In this document: positions 33,933 to 36,910 of the stretch, one piece after another
Position numbering within the stretch: position 1 is the stretch's first letter
How the letters are laid out: every line of letters begins with the position of its first letter
IMG/VR virus record: IMGVR_UViG_3300005405_000004
Coordinates: 1 to 36,910 of that record
Length of the DNA stretch: 36,910 nucleotides
Source of the DNA: a virus
Taxonomy: Duplodnaviria > Caudoviricetes
Reading direction: 5' to 3' (one strand)
Translations under genes and position numbers: made by a program
Notes under the pieces: model-generated
The model's input: the letters and a program-made list of their open reading frames with translations, nothing else
What the model was told of the DNA's origin: nothing
Database searches by the model: none

Positions 33933-35654
33933 CTACTCATAAACGTCATCACCGTAGGCTTTCTTCTCGTGGTACGTGCTAGTCCCGACGTGGTAAACAA
34001 ACTGCATCTTATCACCAGCGCGGCCATTCCTGCGAAAGCGTATCTTCTGCACCAAAACGTCAGTGTCGCTATTCTTCATGTCTGGACGAAACACACACAA
34101 GCTATTGTCGGCTTTGTTCCGCCACATTGCACCGCCTGCAATATCATACGGCGTAGGTGCAGGATATTTACCGTCTTTGTCTTTTTGCAACTTGCTCGGA
34201 TGCGCGATGATGAAAATGTGAATGGCGTTCATGCGAGCAAACCTACGAATCTTTGCAAGCTGCGTTGAAATATACTGATCTTCGCGTTGCGACATGGGTA
34301 TGTCGTGGTCAACTTCGTTCCAAGGGTCGATAACGAGAATCTTTATACCGTAGCGATATACAAGAGAACGGGCGCGAGCTAAAATTTCATCAACTGTCAT
34401 CATCTCGGAATCGTTTTCCGGCTGGATAAAAAACAAACCACCACGTGTTTCATGAAGCGCGCCAGCAACTTCATCCTGCGTCATTTCGTGGAAGTTCTTC
34501 GCGGCGTACATTTCGCAAAGCTTGGCAAGGTGATCGTCTGCGGGCCAGTTTTCAGGGCTGAATGCCGCGCTAGGCCAGGAATAACCCTTCCAAAGATTAA
34601 TCCGCAAAGCATCAATCCAGGTGCTTTTGCCGTGGCTTGGAATGCCAGTCACAACAGTCATCTGCCCAGGCTCAATATTCAACACGCCTTCAGAGTTGGG
34701 CCAACCGCAATAGGCTCCCGCCACCTCCGGCTTACCGTGCCTATCAAATACAGCCGCCCACAAGTCTTCAACCGTGGCTACTCCCTTGACCGGGAACATC
34801 GTAGCCGCATCAATGACTTGGCGCAAAACAGCCGCGCCCTTTTGCATGAGCACGTCATTAGCGTCTTTGCACCCTTCCGGCCACGCGATACGAAGGCAAC
34901 GCTCAACGCCAAGCCTACGCGCTAATTCTTCCTCTAGACGCCTTCCAGGCGCGTCTGCGTCTACGGCAAGGATAATCCATTTAAACCTGTCGAAGAGGTC
35001 TTCTGCGCCCTCTAGGAACGAAAATTTGCTGGTATAGTTGCGCGTCTCTGGTGTGGGTGCTCCATCGGGAACAGACACAACGGCGCGGTAGCCAACTTCG
35101 TGCAGGGCAAGCGTATCCCCTTCGCCTTCCGTCAAAATGAGCCTATCGCCGTTTGATTTCAACGCATTATCGTAATTATACAGGCATTTCCTGGCGTCTT
35201 TCTCTTGGCGAAACCGCTTGTCGCCAGTGCGGTATTTGATATTTACGACTTCCCCGCCATAGAAATACGGATACTGAATTGTGTTTGTGATACCGCTTTC
35301 AATGTCGGCCTTGCCGTGCATCCAGGCTGGACCGCTCTTGATCTTAAAGTCGGCAAGCGTATGCTCGGATATGCCACGGTCAGAAAACCACTTGAGCACC
35401 CTGGGGTCGGTTATGCCGCTCTCGACGTATACAGGCTTGCTAAATATCCGACGCGCCTCTTTGGCTTCGTCTTGGTGCCCTTTAAGCCCACCAGCCCAAG
35501 CGCAATGGTGACAAAACCACACGCCCTTTTCAACGTCAACGGACAGGCAACGCTCAAATTTCTTTGTGCGTGTCGGGCTACACTGCGGGCAAGTCGTGCG
35601 GCTATCGCCTTCGTGCAATTCAATGCCAAAATCTGCAAGTGTTTTTGCCGTCAC
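33933..35654 (-). CDS. Fused primase-helicase (Zn finger + TOPRIM + SF4 helicase; T7 gp4/Twinkle-like)
   Basis: CPQC...CHHC, LTEGEGD, SVPDGA, DAD, KDAND, GIPSHGKS, VIDP and IAHP motifs. Confidence 0.93.
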   Translation of the reverse strand: MTAKTLADFGIELHEGDSRTTCPQCSPTRTKKFERCLSVDVEKGVWFCHHCAWAGGLKGHQDEAKEARRIFSKPVYVESGITDPRVLKWFSDRGISEHTLADFKIKSGPAWMHGKADIESGITNTIQYPYFYGGEVVNIKYRTGDKRFRQEKDARKCLYNYDNALKSNGDRLILTEGEGDTLALHEVGYRAVVSVPDGAPTPETRNYTSKFSFLEGAEDLFDRFKWIILAVDADAPGRRLEEELARRLGVERCLRIAWPEGCKDANDVLMQKGAAVLRQVIDAATMFPVKGVATVEDLWAAVFDRHGKPEVAGAYCGWPNSEGVLNIEPGQMTVVTGIPSHGKSTWIDALRINLWKGYSWPSAAFSPENWPADDHLAKLCEMYAAKNFHEMTQDEVAGALHETRGGLFFIQPENDSEMMTVDEILARARSLVYRYGIKILVIDPWNEVDHDIPMSQREDQYISTQLAKIRRFARMNAIHIFIIAHPSKLQKDKDGKYPAPTPYDIAGGAMWRNKADNSLCVFRPDMKNSDTDVLVQKIRFRRNGRAGDKMQFVYHVGTSTYHEKKAYGDDVYE

Positions 35655-35662
35655 AATAGCTC

Positions 35663-36406
35663 CTAGTTCACTGCCTGACCGCTAGCCAACCACTCCGCAC
35701 GTTTGCGCTCTTCAACCGTCATCGGCTTCTTATCCTGCCGCGCCTCGTCCTTTCGCTTTTCTTCTGCGAGTATGCGCGCCCTTTCGTCTCGTAGCTTGAG
35801 AGTTGCGGACGTGCGGTGGAATGCGTCTTTCTTCGTCCACTCCCTTGTCTCGCGTGTCCAATCGGACAATGACTGAAGTTGCGCCGGAATGTCAAGATGA
35901 GAATACGCTGATTTCCAACTTTCGAGGTCACGGTTATTTATCCGCATCTCGCCGTCCTGGTGGTAGATGACAAAACCAGAAAACGCTTTCGGGTCAATTG
36001 GGGCCGCAGGCCCGCCGCCCCTAGTATTAGTTTCTTCATTTTCAATACCAATACCAATATCATTATCGGGGGCCAATGCTAACGATTGCTTGCATTCGCT
36101 AGCATTCGCTAGCATTCGCTTGCATTCGCTAGCATTCGCTAGCATTCGCTTGCTTTTGCTAAGTCCGCCAAGCGCTCCGTTTTCCTTGTTTTTGTCGCAA
36201 CGCTCATTATATTTTGCTGCGTCTCTGTCCATAGTTGCCCTAGCAGACAGTAGACAGAACCTAACAACGTCATCATCGGTTTCCACAATTTCACCACGCG
36301 CCGCATAATCAAAGATAGCCTTAATGAACTTCCCAGCCTGTTCATCTGACATGGCGTCAAGCGTTATCTCGGTATCGTGGTACATGAGAAACGATTTCTT
36401 TTTCAT
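35663..36406 (-). CDS. Replication initiator-like protein (DUF6291-like N-terminus)
   Basis: KKSFLMY...SDEQAGKFIKAIFDY...KYNERCDKNKENG; internal repeats; upstream of the helicase. Confidence 0.8.
   Translation of the reverse strand: MKKKSFLMYHDTEITLDAMSDEQAGKFIKAIFDYAARGEIVETDDDVVRFCLLSARATMDRDAAKYNERCDKNKENGALGGLSKSKRMLANASECKRMLANASECKQSLALAPDNDIGIGIENEETNTRGGGPAAPIDPKAFSGFVIYHQDGEMRINNRDLESWKSAYSHLDIPAQLQSLSDWTRETREWTKKDAFHRTSATLKLRDERARILAEEKRKDEARQDKKPMTVEERKRAEWLASGQAVN
36091..36150. repeat. Iteron-like array, 6 x (T/A)GCATTCGCT; probable replication origin
   Basis: Six consecutive 10-mers arranged as two 30-bp units inside the initiator gene. Confidence 0.8.
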
Positions 36407-36778
36407 TTAGCGCCCTCCGTGGGCAACAAAAAAGCCCAGTAACTCACGCGCTGCTGTCTCAAGAAAGCCTGCGTACCATTCCCAATAGTCGCGGATATTC
36501 TTTGCGCCCACGGGGTTGGCAGAGTGGACCACAACAGTCACGTTCCACGGGCAATCGTCCATCATCGGCGCAAGATACTCGCACAGCCACTTGACCAGCG
36601 TATAGCCAGTGTCCACGCACTCGTCGCCAAGGTCGTGGTCGAACGATACGGTCAAGTCGCCTTTGCCAGCCCACGCGGTCACGGCAGCGCGGAACTCGTC
36701 ACCGTTGCGGCAGACGGTCCATGTCGCGTCGGGCGCGGTGCGCGGAGTGCCCATTGCGGTGGACGCCAAATATTCCAT
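36407..36778 (-). CDS. Cyclic-phosphate-processing receiver-domain-like protein, apparently N-terminally interrupted
   Basis: SFDHDLG, TGYTLVKWL and HSANPVG motifs; the usual N-terminal DDxR motif is missing. Confidence 0.75.
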   Translation of the reverse strand: MEYLASTAMGTPRTAPDATWTVCRNGDEFRAAVTAWAGKGDLTVSFDHDLGDECVDTGYTLVKWLCEYLAPMMDDCPWNVTVVVHSANPVGAKNIRDYWEWYAGFLETAARELLGFFVAHGGR

Positions 36779-36783
36779 TCAGG

Positions 36784-36910
36784 ACCAATTATCCCTGTTA
36801 GATCATGCCCTTATAGAAGAAGTGTCCCCAGTAATGGATACTACTCCCCGCCCTGCCTCTCTACCTATCTTCCCACTTACTCTAGGCGCTCACTCAGAGA
36901 TATTCACTAT
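36784..36910. repeat. Terminal direct repeat copy 2 (circular contig overlap)
   Basis: Exact copy of 1-127. Confidence 0.95.

Overview
The window is an apparently complete genome of a tailed dsDNA phage with podovirus morphology (about 36,783 bp unique; bases 1-127 are repeated exactly at 36784-36910). A divergent promoter pair at about 1119-1246 drives two arms. The short + strand arm (1288-6957) carries small early genes, a Sak4-like recombinase and SSB. The long - strand arm runs through the contig junction in this order: Cro-like HTH, receiver-like protein, replication initiator with internal iterons, primase-helicase, RusA, ThyX-like, MazG-like, metallophosphoesterase, lysis genes, terminase, portal, scaffold, capsid, tail tubular A/B, ejection proteins, tail fibre and a stand-alone GH5 glycoside hydrolase. 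The arms meet at a bidirectional terminator (about 6959-6996). I found no integrase, CI-like repressor, DNA or RNA polymerase, tRNA, CRISPR array or reverse transcriptase. The SSB C-terminus suggests a Desulfovibrionaceae host (inference). The most notable oddities are a glycosyltransferase-like gene inside the head module together with a free GH5 gene after the tail fibre, a lone antisense gene with its own strong promoter beside terS, a repeated TTGACAC-N17-AGTGTCGA element, a highly structured intergenic RNA candidate, a nucleotide-metabolism cluster, and a foreign-looking segment of about 165 bp at the junction that interrupts a receiver-domain gene. All functional calls come from motif recognition by eye; no searches were run.
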